Below, one piece after another: positions 1-10,779 of a stretch of DNA of 64,000 nt (positions are counted from its first letter, which is position 1; every line of letters starts with the position of its first letter). Location: positions 844 to 64,843 of the forward strand of contig JBGPHD010000001.1 of NCBI GenBank assembly GCA_041484135.1, read 5' to 3'. The notes beneath the pieces are model-generated. The model was given only the letters and a program-made list of their open reading frames with translations, had not been told where the DNA came from and ran no database searches. The position numbers were made by a program, and so were the translations under genes. The DNA is from Gemmatimonadota bacterium (GTDB lineage Bacteria > Gemmatimonadota > Gemmatimonadetes > Gemmatimonadales > JACORV01).

Positions 1-696
1 CGCGATCTTCATGGCCATCCCGATGATCTTCACCACCGCCTCGCCCACGCCGTCGAGGAACCGGGTCACCGGCTCCGCCTTCTCTTTGGGCAGCAGCGTC
101 AGCGCCGCGCCGAAGATGAGCGAGAAGGTGATGACGCCGAGCATGTCGAGGTCGGCGGCGGACTTGAACGGGTTCCGCGGCACGATGTCGATGAAGGTCT
201 GGATGCCGAAGCGCGCCGCATGCGCCTGCTCGATGCGCTGCGAGGCCTCGGTGCGGTACGTCTCCATCAGCCCGGTGCGTACCGCCTCGCTCAGCCCTTC
301 GCCGGGCCTGATCAGGTTCACCATGATGAGGCCGACGGTGGCCGAGAGGGCGGTGGTGGCGAGGAAGTAGAAGATGGTCTTGGAGCCGACCCGGCCCACC
401 TTGCGCACGTCCCCGAGCCCCGCGACGCCGAGACAGAGCGACGTGAAGACCAGCGGGATCACCGTCATGAACAGCATCCGGAGGAAGATCTGCCCGACGG
501 GGTTCATGACGTACTGGTTGGCGCGCTCGACCAGGATCGCGCCGCTCCCCACCACGGCCCGGAGCGAATCGCCGGAGACGTTGGCCTGCATGAGCCCCGC
601 CGCGCGCGTGACCTCGCCGTTGGTGGCGAGGTTGGCGGTCACGCCCGCCGCGGCCCCGAGGACGAGGCCGAGCAGGATCTTGGTATGGAGCTTCAT
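1..696 (-). CDS. Dicarboxylate/amino acid:cation symporter (DAACS/SDF family), N-terminal 232 codons; gene runs off the left edge
   Basis: Not in the ORF track (no stop inside the window). Own translation of the minus strand from ATG 696..694: MKLHTKILLGLVLGAAAGVTANL...NPVGQIFLRMLFMTVIPLVFTSLCLGVAGLGD...GLIMVNLIRPGEG, a typical GltP/DctA-type N-terminus. The start ATG overlaps the TGA of the upstream permease (ATGA). Confidence 0.75.
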   Translation of the reverse strand, partial: MKLHTKILLGLVLGAAAGVTANLATNGEVTRAAGLMQANVSGDSLRAVVGSGAILVERANQYVMNPVGQIFLRMLFMTVIPLVFTSLCLGVAGLGDVRKVGRVGSKTIFYFLATTALSATVGLIMVNLIRPGEGLSEAVRTGLMETYRTEASQRIEQAHAARFGIQTFIDIVPRNPFKSAADLDMLGVITFSLIFGAALTLLPKEKAEPVTRFLDGVGEAVVKIIGMAMKIA

Positions 697-2168
697 GGCG
701 CCGCGGCGGCGCGCATCCCGCGTACGCGGCTGTGGCGCACGCCGTAGAGGAAGTAGATCACGGCGCCGATCGCCATCCAGAGCCCGAACCTGAGCCAGGT
801 GAGGAGCGGCAGCGCCGCCATCAGGTAGAGGCAGAACAGCACCGAGACGATCGGCAGCACCGGCACCCACGGCGTCCGGAAGGGGCGCGGGCGGTCGGGG
901 TCGGTACGGCGCAAGACGATGATACCCAGCGCCACGAGGATGAAGGCGAACAGGGTGCCGATGTTGGTGAGCTCGAGCACCCAGCCGATGGGTGCGAAGG
1001 CGGCGGAGACCGCGACGAAGACGCCGGTGATGATGGTGGTGACGTGGGGGGTCCGGAAGCGCGGGTGGAGCCTGGCGGCCCACGGGGGCAGCAGGCCGTC
1101 GCGCGCCATGGACATGAAGATGCGCGGCTGGCCGAGCTGGAAGACGAGGAGCACGGACGTCATCGCGGCCACGGCACCCAGCGCGAGGAGGCCGGCCGCC
1201 CAGTCGGCGTGGATGTACTGGAGCGCCACGGCGAGCGGGTCGGGGACGTTCAGCTTGTCCCACGGGATGATCCCGGTCAGCACCAGGGCGATCGCGATGT
1301 AGAGCACGGTGCAGATGATGAGCGACGCGATGATGCCGATGGGGATGTCCCGCTGCGGGTTCTTGGCCTCCTCGGAGGCCGTGCTCACCGCGTCGAAGCC
1401 GATGTACGAGAAGAAGATGATGGCCGCGCCGACACTGATCCCCTTGATGCCGTTCGGCGCGAAGCTCGGCGTGTGCCATTGCTCGGTGCGGACGAACTTG
1501 AGCCCGACGAAGAGGAACAGCCCGATGACGCCGATCTTGATCGCCACCATCAGCGTGTTCACCCAGCTCGATTCCTTGGTCCCGATGACGAGCACCACGG
1601 TGACGAGCCCGACGATCAGGAAGGCCGGGATGTTGAAGACGATGGGGATGGGACCCAGGTGCGGCGCGGACGCGAGCAGGGCCGGATCGCCCAGCGCGGT
1701 GCGGAGGTCGGTGACCATCCACCGCGGCATCGCGATGCCGAGGCCGCGGAGCAACGAGTCAAAGTAGCCGGCCCAGCCGATGGCGACGGCCACGTTGCCG
1801 ACGGCGTATTCCAGGATCAGGTCCCACCCGATGATCCACGCGATCAGCTCGCCGAGCGTCGCATAGGCGTAGGTGTACGCGCTTCCCGAGATGGGGATCA
1901 TCGCGGCGAACTCGGAGTACGTGATGGCCGCGAAGGCGCTGGTGATGCCGGCGAGGAGGATCGAGACGATGATGGCGGAGCCGGCGCCGACGTGGCCGGA
2001 GTCGCCGCTGATGGCGGTGCCGATGGCGGCGAAGATCCCCGCGCCGATGATGGCGCCGATGCCTAGCGCAGTGAGGGCGACGGGCCCGAGGCTGCGCTTG
2101 AGGCCGCCGCCCACCGTACTATCCGCGACGCACTGATCGACCGTCTTCCGCGCGAAGAGCTGGTTCAC
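693..2168 (-). CDS. Amino acid permease, APC superfamily (cationic amino acid transporter-like)
   Basis: 491 aa with about 12-14 hydrophobic segments. LGPVALTALGIGAIIGAGIFAAIG and FSYIGFDAVSTASEEAKNPQRDIP are APC/CAT-like signature stretches. GTG start. Confidence 0.85.
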   Translation of the reverse strand: MNQLFARKTVDQCVADSTVGGGLKRSLGPVALTALGIGAIIGAGIFAAIGTAISGDSGHVGAGSAIIVSILLAGITSAFAAITYSEFAAMIPISGSAYTYAYATLGELIAWIIGWDLILEYAVGNVAVAIGWAGYFDSLLRGLGIAMPRWMVTDLRTALGDPALLASAPHLGPIPIVFNIPAFLIVGLVTVVLVIGTKESSWVNTLMVAIKIGVIGLFLFVGLKFVRTEQWHTPSFAPNGIKGISVGAAIIFFSYIGFDAVSTASEEAKNPQRDIPIGIIASLIICTVLYIAIALVLTGIIPWDKLNVPDPLAVALQYIHADWAAGLLALGAVAAMTSVLLVFQLGQPRIFMSMARDGLLPPWAARLHPRFRTPHVTTIITGVFVAVSAAFAPIGWVLELTNIGTLFAFILVALGIIVLRRTDPDRPRPFRTPWVPVLPIVSVLFCLYLMAALPLLTWLRFGLWMAIGAVIYFLYGVRHSRVRGMRAAAAP

Positions 2169-2236
2169 ACCGACCGGCCTTGACTGAGGGGAACGACGGA
2201 AAAGCAGCGGGAGAAGCTAGCCCCCGCCGGGCGGTT

Positions 2237-3007
2237 TTACAACGTGATCTGGACCGGGAAGATGGCCCTGACGGGCCGGCCGTCGAGCGTGGAGGCCGGG
2301 GTGAAGGTGTAGTGCCGCATGCGGTCCAGGAACTCGTTGCGGTAGCCGCGGTCGCGGATGGGCGGGTCCACCTCGACGCCGAGGACCTCGCCACGCTCCG
2401 AGATCTCGAAGCGGACCGTGAGACGCACGCCCGCGAGCGACGCGGGGCGCCCGGTGGGCGGGAGGATGATGCCCTGCGGTTGGGGCGGGAAGATGCGGCC
2501 CATGCCGCCCGAGTCGGAGCCGACGCCGGGGCCGGTCCCCGAGCCGATGCCGCCGCCCGTGCCGCTCCCCGAACCCGGCCCGGTCCCCGTGCCCTTCCCT
2601 TCGCCCTCGCCGGGCCCCGCGCTCGCCACGGCCTGCGCGGCCAGCTCGGCCGCGGTCGGCGCGTGGACTTCGGCCTCGGGGACCTTGATCACCGGCACCT
2701 GGAGGGAGAGTTGGGTGGGGAGCACCAGCTGGGGTGGCGGGGGCGGCGCCGAGAAGAACCCGGCCGGGAGCGCGAGGACGAAGGTGCGGTCACCGCCGCC
2801 GCCACCGCCGCCGCCCCGTCCCGGCCCGTTTCCCGGCGGGCCGAGCACCTCCTCGAAGGTCGTCCCGGCGAGGAAGATGAAGGCGACCACGGCGGCATGC
2901 GCCGCGGCCGACAGCAACCAGTCGCGGACGGTGCCGCGCTGCCGGAGCTGCCGGCCGAGAGGGTTGGCGAGCGGGATGAGCCGCGTCGCCGCACGAACGG
3001 TGGTCAT
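2237..3007 (-). CDS. TonB-family protein with Gly/Pro-rich spacer
   Basis: 256 aa. N-terminal anchor WLLSAAAHAAVVAFIFLAG. Long low-complexity spacer (GGGGGGGGD, PPPPPQ, GSGSGTGGGIGSGTGPG). C-terminal beta-rich TonB_C-like domain (VRLTVRFEISERGEVLGVEVD...FTPASTLDGRPVRAIFPVQITL). Last gene of the exb block. Confidence 0.6.
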   Translation of the reverse strand: MTTVRAATRLIPLANPLGRQLRQRGTVRDWLLSAAAHAAVVAFIFLAGTTFEEVLGPPGNGPGRGGGGGGGGDRTFVLALPAGFFSAPPPPPQLVLPTQLSLQVPVIKVPEAEVHAPTAAELAAQAVASAGPGEGEGKGTGTGPGSGSGTGGGIGSGTGPGVGSDSGGMGRIFPPQPQGIILPPTGRPASLAGVRLTVRFEISERGEVLGVEVDPPIRDRGYRNEFLDRMRHYTFTPASTLDGRPVRAIFPVQITL

Positions 3008-3055
3008 ACTAGTCCCTACGCCTCACCGCACCGGGATGTTCCCGCGCGAGGGACG

Positions 3056-3478
3056 TCAGCCTCCCGGCGCGGCTGTCTCCGGCGGGGCCAGGCCGAACAC
3101 CTTGACGCCCGCGCCCCGGGCGATGTCGATCGCGTCGATGACGTCCCGGTACTTCCGGTGCTGGCCGACCTTGAGGAACAGCAGCTTCTCGGCGCGCACG
3201 TCGTAGATCTCGTGGAACCGCGCCAGCAGCTGGTCGTGCGGGGTGACCTGGGTGTTGATCGCGTAGGTGCCGTCGTCCTTGATCTCGAGGACGATGTTGT
3301 TCGTCGGCGCGGCGGGGGTCGCGGGCTGCTCCACCGGCACCTGGATGTCGAGCACTTTCCGCAGCATCGGCTGGGTGATCATGAAGATCACGAGGAGCAC
3401 CAGCAGCACGTCGATGAGCGGCGTGATGTTGATGTCCGACTGCATGTTGCCGGAACCGCTGCCGGTCGCCATGGACAT
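3056..3478 (-). CDS. exbD: Biopolymer transport protein ExbD/TolR
   Basis: 140 aa. INITPLIDVLLVLLVIFMIT is the classic ExbD/TolR N-terminal helix. Sits 3 nt after the preceding exbD paralog. Confidence 0.85.
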   Translation of the reverse strand: MSMATGSGSGNMQSDINITPLIDVLLVLLVIFMITQPMLRKVLDIQVPVEQPATPAAPTNNIVLEIKDDGTYAINTQVTPHDQLLARFHEIYDVRAEKLLFLKVGQHRKYRDVIDAIDIARGAGVKVFGLAPPETAAPGG

Positions 3479-3481
3479 GGG

Positions 3482-3940
3482 TCAGTGCGCCCCTTCCCGC
3501 TCCGTGGACACCGTGGGCTCCGTGCCGAGGCGCTGGTCGGTGACCGCGGCGATCACGCGCACGCCGGCGGCACGCGCCATCGAGATGGCTTCCTGGATCG
3601 TCTCCATCGTCAGGTTCACGTCGGCCTTGAGATACAGGATCTTGTCCTTGGTCCGGTTGACGTACAGCGCCTGGAGGCGCGCCTGGACGTCCGCCTTGGC
3701 AACGGGCGCCGTGTTGAGGAAGTAGTTGCCTTCCCGATCGAGCCCGAGGGTGACGTCGTCCGCATCCTCCGGGGCCTTGATGATGTTGATGCCTTCGGGC
3801 ATCGTGGCCACGAACCCCGACGCGAGCAGCGGGGCCGTGATCATGAAAATGATGAGCAGCACCAGCATCACGTCCGCCATCGGCGTGACGTTGATCTCCG
3901 CGTTGGCGGCGCCTCGGGCGCTACTGGTTGATATGGCCAC
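3482..3940 (-). CDS. exbD: Biopolymer transport protein ExbD/TolR (second copy)
   Basis: 152 aa. EINVTPMADVMLVLLIIFMITAP. GTG start that overlaps the exbB 3' end by 20 nt. Confidence 0.85.
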   Translation of the reverse strand: MAISTSSARGAANAEINVTPMADVMLVLLIIFMITAPLLASGFVATMPEGINIIKAPEDADDVTLGLDREGNYFLNTAPVAKADVQARLQALYVNRTKDKILYLKADVNLTMETIQEAISMARAAGVRVIAAVTDQRLGTEPTVSTEREGAH

Positions 3941-4667
3941 TGCTCTTCACCACCTGGGCCGGGAAGTCCTTCGTGAAGGTCGAACGGCCGAACTCGTGCC
4001 CCACGCTCTTGATGAGGTAGTCGATGAGCTCCTTACCGGAGTAGATCATCTCGACGGTGAGGAACTCGATCTTGGTGGCGAAATAGTTGTAGAGCCACAC
4101 CGCCGGGATCGCGACCATCAGGCCGAAGGCCGTCGTGACCAACGCCTCGGCGATACCGCCGGAGACCGCGGCGAGGCCGCCCGAGCCGCCGCCCGAGGCC
4201 ATGCCGACGAACGCGTTCACGATGCCGAGCGTGGTGCCCAGCAGGCCGACGAACGGCGCCGTGGAGCCCACGGTGGCGAGGAGGCCGAGGCCGCGCTTCA
4301 GCTCGGCGATGATGATGATGGTGTTGCGTTCGATGGCCCGTTCACCCGCGTTGATGTCGGCCGCGGTGATCTGATGCCCATCCCGCAGGAGCGGCTTGAT
4401 CTCCTCGAGCGCGCCGGCCAGGGTGCGCGCCACGTGGCTCTTCTTGTACTTCTCCGACAGGCCGATGGCGCCCTCCATCTGCTCTTCCTGGAGGAACCGC
4501 GAGAACTCCGGCGCGAACTTGGCCGTCTCCTTCTGCGCCTTCCGGATCATCCACCACTTCCGGAACGACGTGGCGAGCGTGAGGATCGACATCACCGCCA
4601 TGACGAAGACGATGAACCGGGGGAACCAGCTCATCTGGTTCCAGAGATCCAAGAGCGAGAGCGACAT
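3921..4667 (-). CDS. exbB: MotA/TolQ/ExbB proton channel protein
   Basis: 248 aa. LATVGSTAPFVGLLGTTLGIVNAF and GGIAEALVTTAFGLMVAIPAV match the ExbB/TolQ core helices. Confidence 0.9.
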   Translation of the reverse strand: MSLSLLDLWNQMSWFPRFIVFVMAVMSILTLATSFRKWWMIRKAQKETAKFAPEFSRFLQEEQMEGAIGLSEKYKKSHVARTLAGALEEIKPLLRDGHQITAADINAGERAIERNTIIIIAELKRGLGLLATVGSTAPFVGLLGTTLGIVNAFVGMASGGGSGGLAAVSGGIAEALVTTAFGLMVAIPAVWLYNYFATKIEFLTVEMIYSGKELIDYLIKSVGHEFGRSTFTKDFPAQVVKSSGHINQ

Positions 4668-4733
4668 TACGCGACCCCTCCGAGGGTGGATGCGCGCCGC
4701 GCCGCCGGGCGCGACGAGTGGACCGAACGGCCG

Positions 4734-5435
4734 TTAATGCGTGATGGTGAAATTGACCGGGACCTGGACCCGCACGCGCACCGCGCGGCCCTGGATCCGC
4801 CCGGGCCGGTAGCGGCAGCTGGCGACCGCCTCACGCGCCGGCCCTTCGAAGAGCGAGTGCGTAGAGGACAGGATCCGCATGGACCCGCGCTCGGCATGGC
4901 CGGTCGTGTCGAGCACGACCTCGACCAGGGCGCGTCCCTCGATCCCCGCCTGCCGCAGGATCTCCGGATACCGCGGCGGAACGCACGAGCCGGGGACCTG
5001 GTCGGGACGCTCCTCGACCACGGCTTCCAGGTACGGCTGATCGCTGATGACCGGGCCAGTGCCGCCTTCGACACCGTGCGCGATGCCGCCCTCGACGCCA
5101 ACGCCCGAGAAGTCCGCGGCGTTGAAGTTGTTCTGCGTGGGAGGCGGGATGTCCACCGGGATGTTCACCGGGATGGAGAGCGTCTGAAAGCCCTTGGGCG
5201 GCGGGTTCACCGTCGCGACCTGCTCGGGGGGCGGGGGCTCGTTCTTGGGCTGCTCGGGGGCCTGCATGGTGACGGCGATCTGGTGGATGCGCTCTTCGAC
5301 GGCCGCGCCAGCGTGCGCCGTCGCGATGATTCCGCCCCAGATGATCCCGCCGTGGATCACCATCGACAGGAAGCTGTTCCCGAAGACGGCCTTGAATCCC
5401 CGCTGCGGCCTTGACTCGATCAGGTTCTCGAACAC
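4734..5435 (-). CDS. Energy transducer TonB
   Basis: 233 aa. GTG start with GGAGG 5 nt upstream. Anchor FLSMVIHGGIIWGGIIA, Pro-rich PEQPKNEPPPPEQVATVNPPPKG, and a TonB_C-like end PPRYPEILRQAGIEGRALVEVVLDTTGHAE...GRAVRVRVQVPVNFT. Confidence 0.75.
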   Translation of the reverse strand: MFENLIESRPQRGFKAVFGNSFLSMVIHGGIIWGGIIATAHAGAAVEERIHQIAVTMQAPEQPKNEPPPPEQVATVNPPPKGFQTLSIPVNIPVDIPPPTQNNFNAADFSGVGVEGGIAHGVEGGTGPVISDQPYLEAVVEERPDQVPGSCVPPRYPEILRQAGIEGRALVEVVLDTTGHAERGSMRILSSTHSLFEGPAREAVASCRYRPGRIQGRAVRVRVQVPVNFTITH

Positions 5436-5503
5436 CTGCGCCTCCGGATCATGCTTCCACCCAGAAGATACACGCCGGCTCTAACTCCGCGATGAGCCCG
5501 AGA

Positions 5504-6973
5504 TTACGATTCCATGACAGCCGGGAGGCTCCCTGGGGCCCTCGGCAGCGTCACCGTGAAGGTACTGCCCCGGCCGGGTCGGCTGGTCACCGCGATCGAG
5601 CCGCCGTGGGCCTCGGCGATCCACCGGCTGATGGAGAGGCCGAGCCCGATGCCGGGCCGCTCGCCGGTGCGCGACCTTGCCCCATCGGCCCGCCAGAACC
5701 GGTCGAAGACCCGGCCCACGTCGCCGGGCGCGATCCCTATCCCGGTGTCGCGGACGGATATGCTCGCCGTCAGGGGCATCGCCGTCAAGGCGAGCCAGAC
5801 GCGGCCCCCGGCGGCGGTGTACTTGACGGCGTTGGTGGCGAGGTTCATCGCCAGCTGCCGGATGCGCCCACGGTCGGCGTCCACCATGACGGGATCGGCG
5901 GGAAGCTCCAGCTCGACCGCCACTCCCGCCGCCTCGCCCAGCATCTGGGCCGTCTCGTGCACCTCGCGCAGCAGCTCGCCGAGGTCCACCGGCTCCCGGT
6001 GCAGCTCCATCCGTCCCTCGTCCACGCGCGCGAGGGTGAGCAGCCCGTCCACCAGCTCGGTCATGCGGCGCACCTCCTGGAGCGTCTCCTCGAGCGGGAT
6101 GAGCGCCTCGGGAGGCGTGTCGCGCTGGGTGAGCGCGCGCTCCACGCCGGCGCGCATCACGGTCAGCGGCGTCTTGAGCTCGTGGCTGGCGTCGGCGACG
6201 AAGCGCCGCATGGACGCGAAGCTCGCCTCGAGACGGGCGAGCAGCGAGTTCAGCGAGGTGGCGAGGCGGCCCACCTCGTCGGAGGCGGCGAGCGGCGCGG
6301 GGAGGCGGCGGTGGAGGCTGCGGCCGTCGGTGATCGCCTCCAGCTCGTCGATGATGCGGCCGACCGGCTGGAGCGCGCGGCTCGAGAGCAGGTAGCCGAT
6401 GGCGGCGGCGAACACGATCATGAGCGGAGCGACGAGCAGCATGGACGTGGCGAGCCGGGTCGGCGCCACCTCCAGCTCGCGGGTGGGCTCGCCCACCGCG
6501 GCGGCGACGATCGCGGGGCCGGCCTCGGTGACGCGGCGCACCACGAACCGCACGCCGGTGCCGTCGAGGTCCAGCGTGAAGGCCTCGTGGGGCGCGACGA
6601 TGCGGAAGATCCGGCGCCGCAGGATGTCCGAAGCCTGGGGCGTGAGGCGGCGGATCTCGGCGGAGCTGTAGACGCCGCGCGCCGCCGAATCCACCACCAT
6701 CAGCCAGCCGGGGACGGGGTCGAGACGCTCCTGCACGTCGAGCCGGAGCGCGGCGACGAAGGGGTCGCTGGTTTCCTCGATCAGCCGCCCGCCGCTGGTC
6801 CGCTCCTCGGCCAGCACGTTGCCCACCACGTCCGCGACGGCGCCGAGGCGCCGGTCGAGGGCCTCGAAGTTGGAGCGCCGCTCCAGGACCGAGATGGTGA
6901 CGCCGAAGGCGAGGACGGTCGCCGCGAGGGCGACCGTGTACCACAGGGTGAGGGTGGCCCGGATGCTGCTCAC
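5504..6973 (-). CDS. Membrane sensor histidine kinase (two TM, HAMP, HisKA, HATPase_c)
   Basis: 489 aa. H-box ADASHELKTPLTVM; N/G boxes NLATNAVKYT, DTGIGI, GIGLGLSI. GTG start one nt after the RR stop. Confidence 0.85.
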   Translation of the reverse strand: MSSIRATLTLWYTVALAATVLAFGVTISVLERRSNFEALDRRLGAVADVVGNVLAEERTSGGRLIEETSDPFVAALRLDVQERLDPVPGWLMVVDSAARGVYSSAEIRRLTPQASDILRRRIFRIVAPHEAFTLDLDGTGVRFVVRRVTEAGPAIVAAAVGEPTRELEVAPTRLATSMLLVAPLMIVFAAAIGYLLSSRALQPVGRIIDELEAITDGRSLHRRLPAPLAASDEVGRLATSLNSLLARLEASFASMRRFVADASHELKTPLTVMRAGVERALTQRDTPPEALIPLEETLQEVRRMTELVDGLLTLARVDEGRMELHREPVDLGELLREVHETAQMLGEAAGVAVELELPADPVMVDADRGRIRQLAMNLATNAVKYTAAGGRVWLALTAMPLTASISVRDTGIGIAPGDVGRVFDRFWRADGARSRTGERPGIGLGLSISRWIAEAHGGSIAVTSRPGRGSTFTVTLPRAPGSLPAVMES

Positions 6974-6974
6974 G

Positions 6975-7639
<665 letters not shown>

Positions 7640-7643
<4 letters not shown>

Positions 7644-9220
7644 GCGACGGGCAGAAAGACCTTGAAGGTGGAGCCGCGCCCCAGCGTGGAGTCCACCTCG
7701 ATGCGGCCGTGGTGGTCGGCGACGATGCCGTAACAGATGGAGAGGCCGAGCCCGGTGCCGCGGCCCTGCGGCTTGGTGGTGTAGAAGGGCTCGAAGATCT
7801 TCTTGAGGTCGCCGCGGGGGATGCCGGCGCCGGTGTCCGAGAAGGAGACCACCAGCTCGTCGGCGCGGTCGGGATTGCGTTCGGTGCGCACCGTGAGGGT
7901 GCCGCGCGCCTCCATGGCGTCCGCGGCGTTCAGCATCAGCGCCATGAAGACCTGGATGAGCTGGTCGGCGCTGGCGTTCACGGGCGGCAGGTCCGAGCCC
8001 AGCTCGCGCCGGAGCTCGAGCCGCTTGAAGCGGTCGTGGTGCTTGAGCAGCAGCAGCGTCTCCTCGACGATCCGGTTCACCTCCTGCCGGGTGCGCACGC
8101 CCGCCTTGGGCCGCGACAGGTCGAGCAGCTCCGAGACGATGCGTTTGCAGCGCTGCACCTCGCTGTCCATGATCTTGAGGTACTCGGCGATGCCCTGCGC
8201 GACCTCCGGCGAGGCGTCCTCGGCGCGCGCCGCCACCGCCTCCACGCACGCCCCGATGGTGGCGAGCGGGTTGTTGATCTCGTGCATGACGCCCGCGGCG
8301 AGCTGGCCGACCGCGGCCAGCTTCTCCGACTGCGCGATCTGCCCCTGCACTTCCTTCCACTCCGTCACGTCCTCGCCGATGGTGATGAGGTGCGTGATCT
8401 CGTCGTCGTTGAGGCGCATCGGGATCTTGGTGATGCGGTAGTGCCGCCCCTCGGCGCCGCCCGACTCGTAGACCTGGAGGCGGCCGGCGGTGAACACCTC
8501 GTCGAACTCGCGGCGCAGCAGGTCGCGCGGCTGGCGATGGAGCACGTCGAAGATGGGGCGACCGATGGCCTCTTCGCGCGGCACGCCCTGGGTACCCGTC
8601 TCGCGCTTGCGGTTCCACGCCTGGATGCGGTAGTCGCGGTCGATCACGTACAGCCCGACCGGGAGCGAGTCGATCACCTTGGCGGTGAAGCGGCGCTGCT
8701 CCTCGATCTCGCGCGAGCGGCGGGCCACCTCGAAGGCCAGGTCCTGCGACAGCTCCTTGGAGGCGAGGAGCGGGGAGAGCACGTTCGCCACCACGGTGAG
8801 GACGTCGCGCGCCATCCCCTCGCGCCCGTCGCGCGGGACGCGCACCTCGATGAGGCCGAGCCGCTCACCCTGGTGCGCGAGCGGCACCCGGAGGTCGATG
8901 GTGTCCCAGGTCTCGGTCGGCGCGGCCCCGCCGGTCCTGATGGTCGCCGAGATCCGCTGCGCCTCTTCGTCCCCCGGCTTATCGCCCGCGCCGGCCACGG
9001 CGCGGAACGCGGGGCCGTCGGCGTCCTTCACCCAGAGGCGGCAGAGCGAGGCACCCAGGCCGCGGCGGAGCGACGCGACCACCGAGTCGAGCGCGCCCTC
9101 GGAGACCACGCCGGCCGAGACCGCGGAGGTCACCTCGGCAAGCAGCCGCAGCCCCGGATGGGTCGGGACCGGCGCCTCGGGAGACCCCGTATTGGGCCGT
9201 TCGGATTGGGGTTGTGCCAT
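7640..9220 (-). CDS. Cytoplasmic GAF/PAS sensor histidine kinase
   Basis: 526 aa with no TM segment. PAS-like LPVGLYVIDRDYRIQAWN. H-box AAGVMHEINNPLATI. ATPase boxes NAADAM, DTGAGIP, GTGLGLSI. Confidence 0.85.
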
Positions 9221-9288
9221 CGAATTCGAAGCTAGAGCCGCCCGCGGGTGGCAGCAAGCAGCGGGCGCGGCGCGGGGTCTCGGGACGC

Positions 9289-9861
9289 CTACGTCTGCTG
9301 GGGCGGGCCCCCCCGGCGCCGGCGGCCGAGCGGCGACTGGAAGCGCATGGTGACCTGGGCGTGGGTGTTCGTCGCGTCACCGACGAACCACGCGGGCCCG
9401 GCCAGAATCGCGAAGTTCTGGTCGAGCCGCCCGCCGCCGCCGAACGAGAGGCCGAGGAGCACGGCGCCGGTGCCGCGGACGTTCCCCTGAGGGAGCGGCG
9501 AGTTGAAGTCCTTCGACACACCCACTTCGAGGACGCCGACCAGCCGCGCGTAGGAGAGGTCGTTCTCCTGCCCCACCGAGGCGATCGTGGCGAGCGGACG
9601 GCGGAAGGTGCCGACGACGGAGGTGAAGAACCCGGTGGACCCACCCACCAGCACCGCCTGGTCCTGGACGAAGCCGCCCACGCGCAGCATCGCGCCGACG
9701 GTCTGCCCCGGCGTGCCGCCCACCGCGCGCAGCAGGCCGATCTCGACCCCGGACGGCTGCCAGTTGCCGCCGGTGAAGCCGGTGACCCCGACCGTGTAGC
9801 CGCGCTGCTGGGCGGCGAGCACGGAAGGGATGATCAGGGCGAGCACGGCGAGTCGGGTCAT
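9289..9861 (-). CDS. Hypothetical secreted beta-rich protein
   Basis: Track ORF trimmed to the ATG at 9861, which gives the signal peptide MTRLAVLALIIPSVLAAQQ. The rest is Gly/Val/Thr-rich with alternating patterns suggesting beta strands. No family recognised. Confidence 0.45.
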   Translation of the reverse strand: MTRLAVLALIIPSVLAAQQRGYTVGVTGFTGGNWQPSGVEIGLLRAVGGTPGQTVGAMLRVGGFVQDQAVLVGGSTGFFTSVVGTFRRPLATIASVGQENDLSYARLVGVLEVGVSKDFNSPLPQGNVRGTGAVLLGLSFGGGGRLDQNFAILAGPAWFVGDATNTHAQVTMRFQSPLGRRRRGGPPQQT

Positions 9862-10036
9862 GGCGGCCTCGGGATGAGTCCGCGCGGCGCGCGGGCACCG
9901 GAAGATACCTCGGAACGCCGGGGCGAGTTCCGCGCCGCGCGCCTTCAGGCGAGATTCCGGGGAACCGGGCGCGCCGCGGCGTCGTTCCGGCAAGGCATGG
10001 AGCACGAGCGATCATCCGGGGATCGAGGTCAGCGAC

Positions 10037-10732
10037 GTGAGGATCCGCAGTCTGCTGCTGGTGGTCGCGTTCGTGGGCCTGGTCCTGGCCGGCCGGTATC
10101 TCGGCCGCTACCTGCCCGGCTTCGCCGAGTGGGTGAACGGCTTCGGTCCGTGGGGCTGGCTGGTGTTCATCGCGGCGTACACGGCCGGCTGTGTGTTGCT
10201 GGCGCCGGCCTCGCTGATGATGCTCGCCGCGGGCGCGGTGTTCGGCGCGGCGCAGGGGGTCGTGGTGGCGTGGCTCGCCGCGTCGCTGGGCGCGATCGCG
10301 TCGTTCCTGGTGGCCCGCCATGTCGCGCGGGGCGCCGTCGAGCGGTACCTGGCGCGCCATCCCCACTTCGCCGCGCTCGACGAGGCGCTCGCGCGCGAAG
10401 GATGGCAGCTGGTCATCCTGCTCCGCCTCTCGCCGGTCTTCCCCTACAACCTGCTCAACTACGCGCTCGGCCTCTCACGGGTCTCGTTCGGCGCGTATGT
10501 GGTGGCGCTGCTCGGCCTGATCCCCGCCACCTTCCTGCTGGTGTCCTCGGGCGCCATCGCGGGCGACGTGGCGGCGGTCGCGGGCGGCGTGCGCCTGACG
10601 CACGGGTGGCCGTACTACACCGTGCTCCTCCTCGGCATCGCCGCGACGGTCGTCGCGAGCTTCCGCGTCACCCGCGTGGCCCGCCGGGCGCTCGCCGCCA
10701 CCCCCGGCGCGGAGGCCCCTCCGCGCGCCTGA
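10037..10732 (+). CDS. TVP38/TMEM64 (DedA/SNARE-associated) family membrane protein
   Basis: 231 aa with 5-6 TM segments. Carries the family-typical LRLSPVFPYNLLNYALGLS stretch. Confidence 0.8.
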   Translation: MRIRSLLLVVAFVGLVLAGRYLGRYLPGFAEWVNGFGPWGWLVFIAAYTAGCVLLAPASLMMLAAGAVFGAAQGVVVAWLAASLGAIASFLVARHVARGAVERYLARHPHFAALDEALAREGWQLVILLRLSPVFPYNLLNYALGLSRVSFGAYVVALLGLIPATFLLVSSGAIAGDVAAVAGGVRLTHGWPYYTVLLLGIAATVVASFRVTRVARRALAATPGAEAPPRA

Positions 10733-10779
10733 GCCCGGCGTTTCTTGCGCTTTCCCGGCGGCCCGCCGATGATGCGGAC

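Noticed and set aside
9220-9229. 10-bp palindrome TCGAATTCGA overlapping the start codon of the PAS kinase gene
   Set aside because: Some 10-bp palindromes are expected by chance in 64 kb (about 4^-5 per position under a uniform model). It has no partner site, and I cannot tie it to any function. Noted only as a local AT-rich spot.
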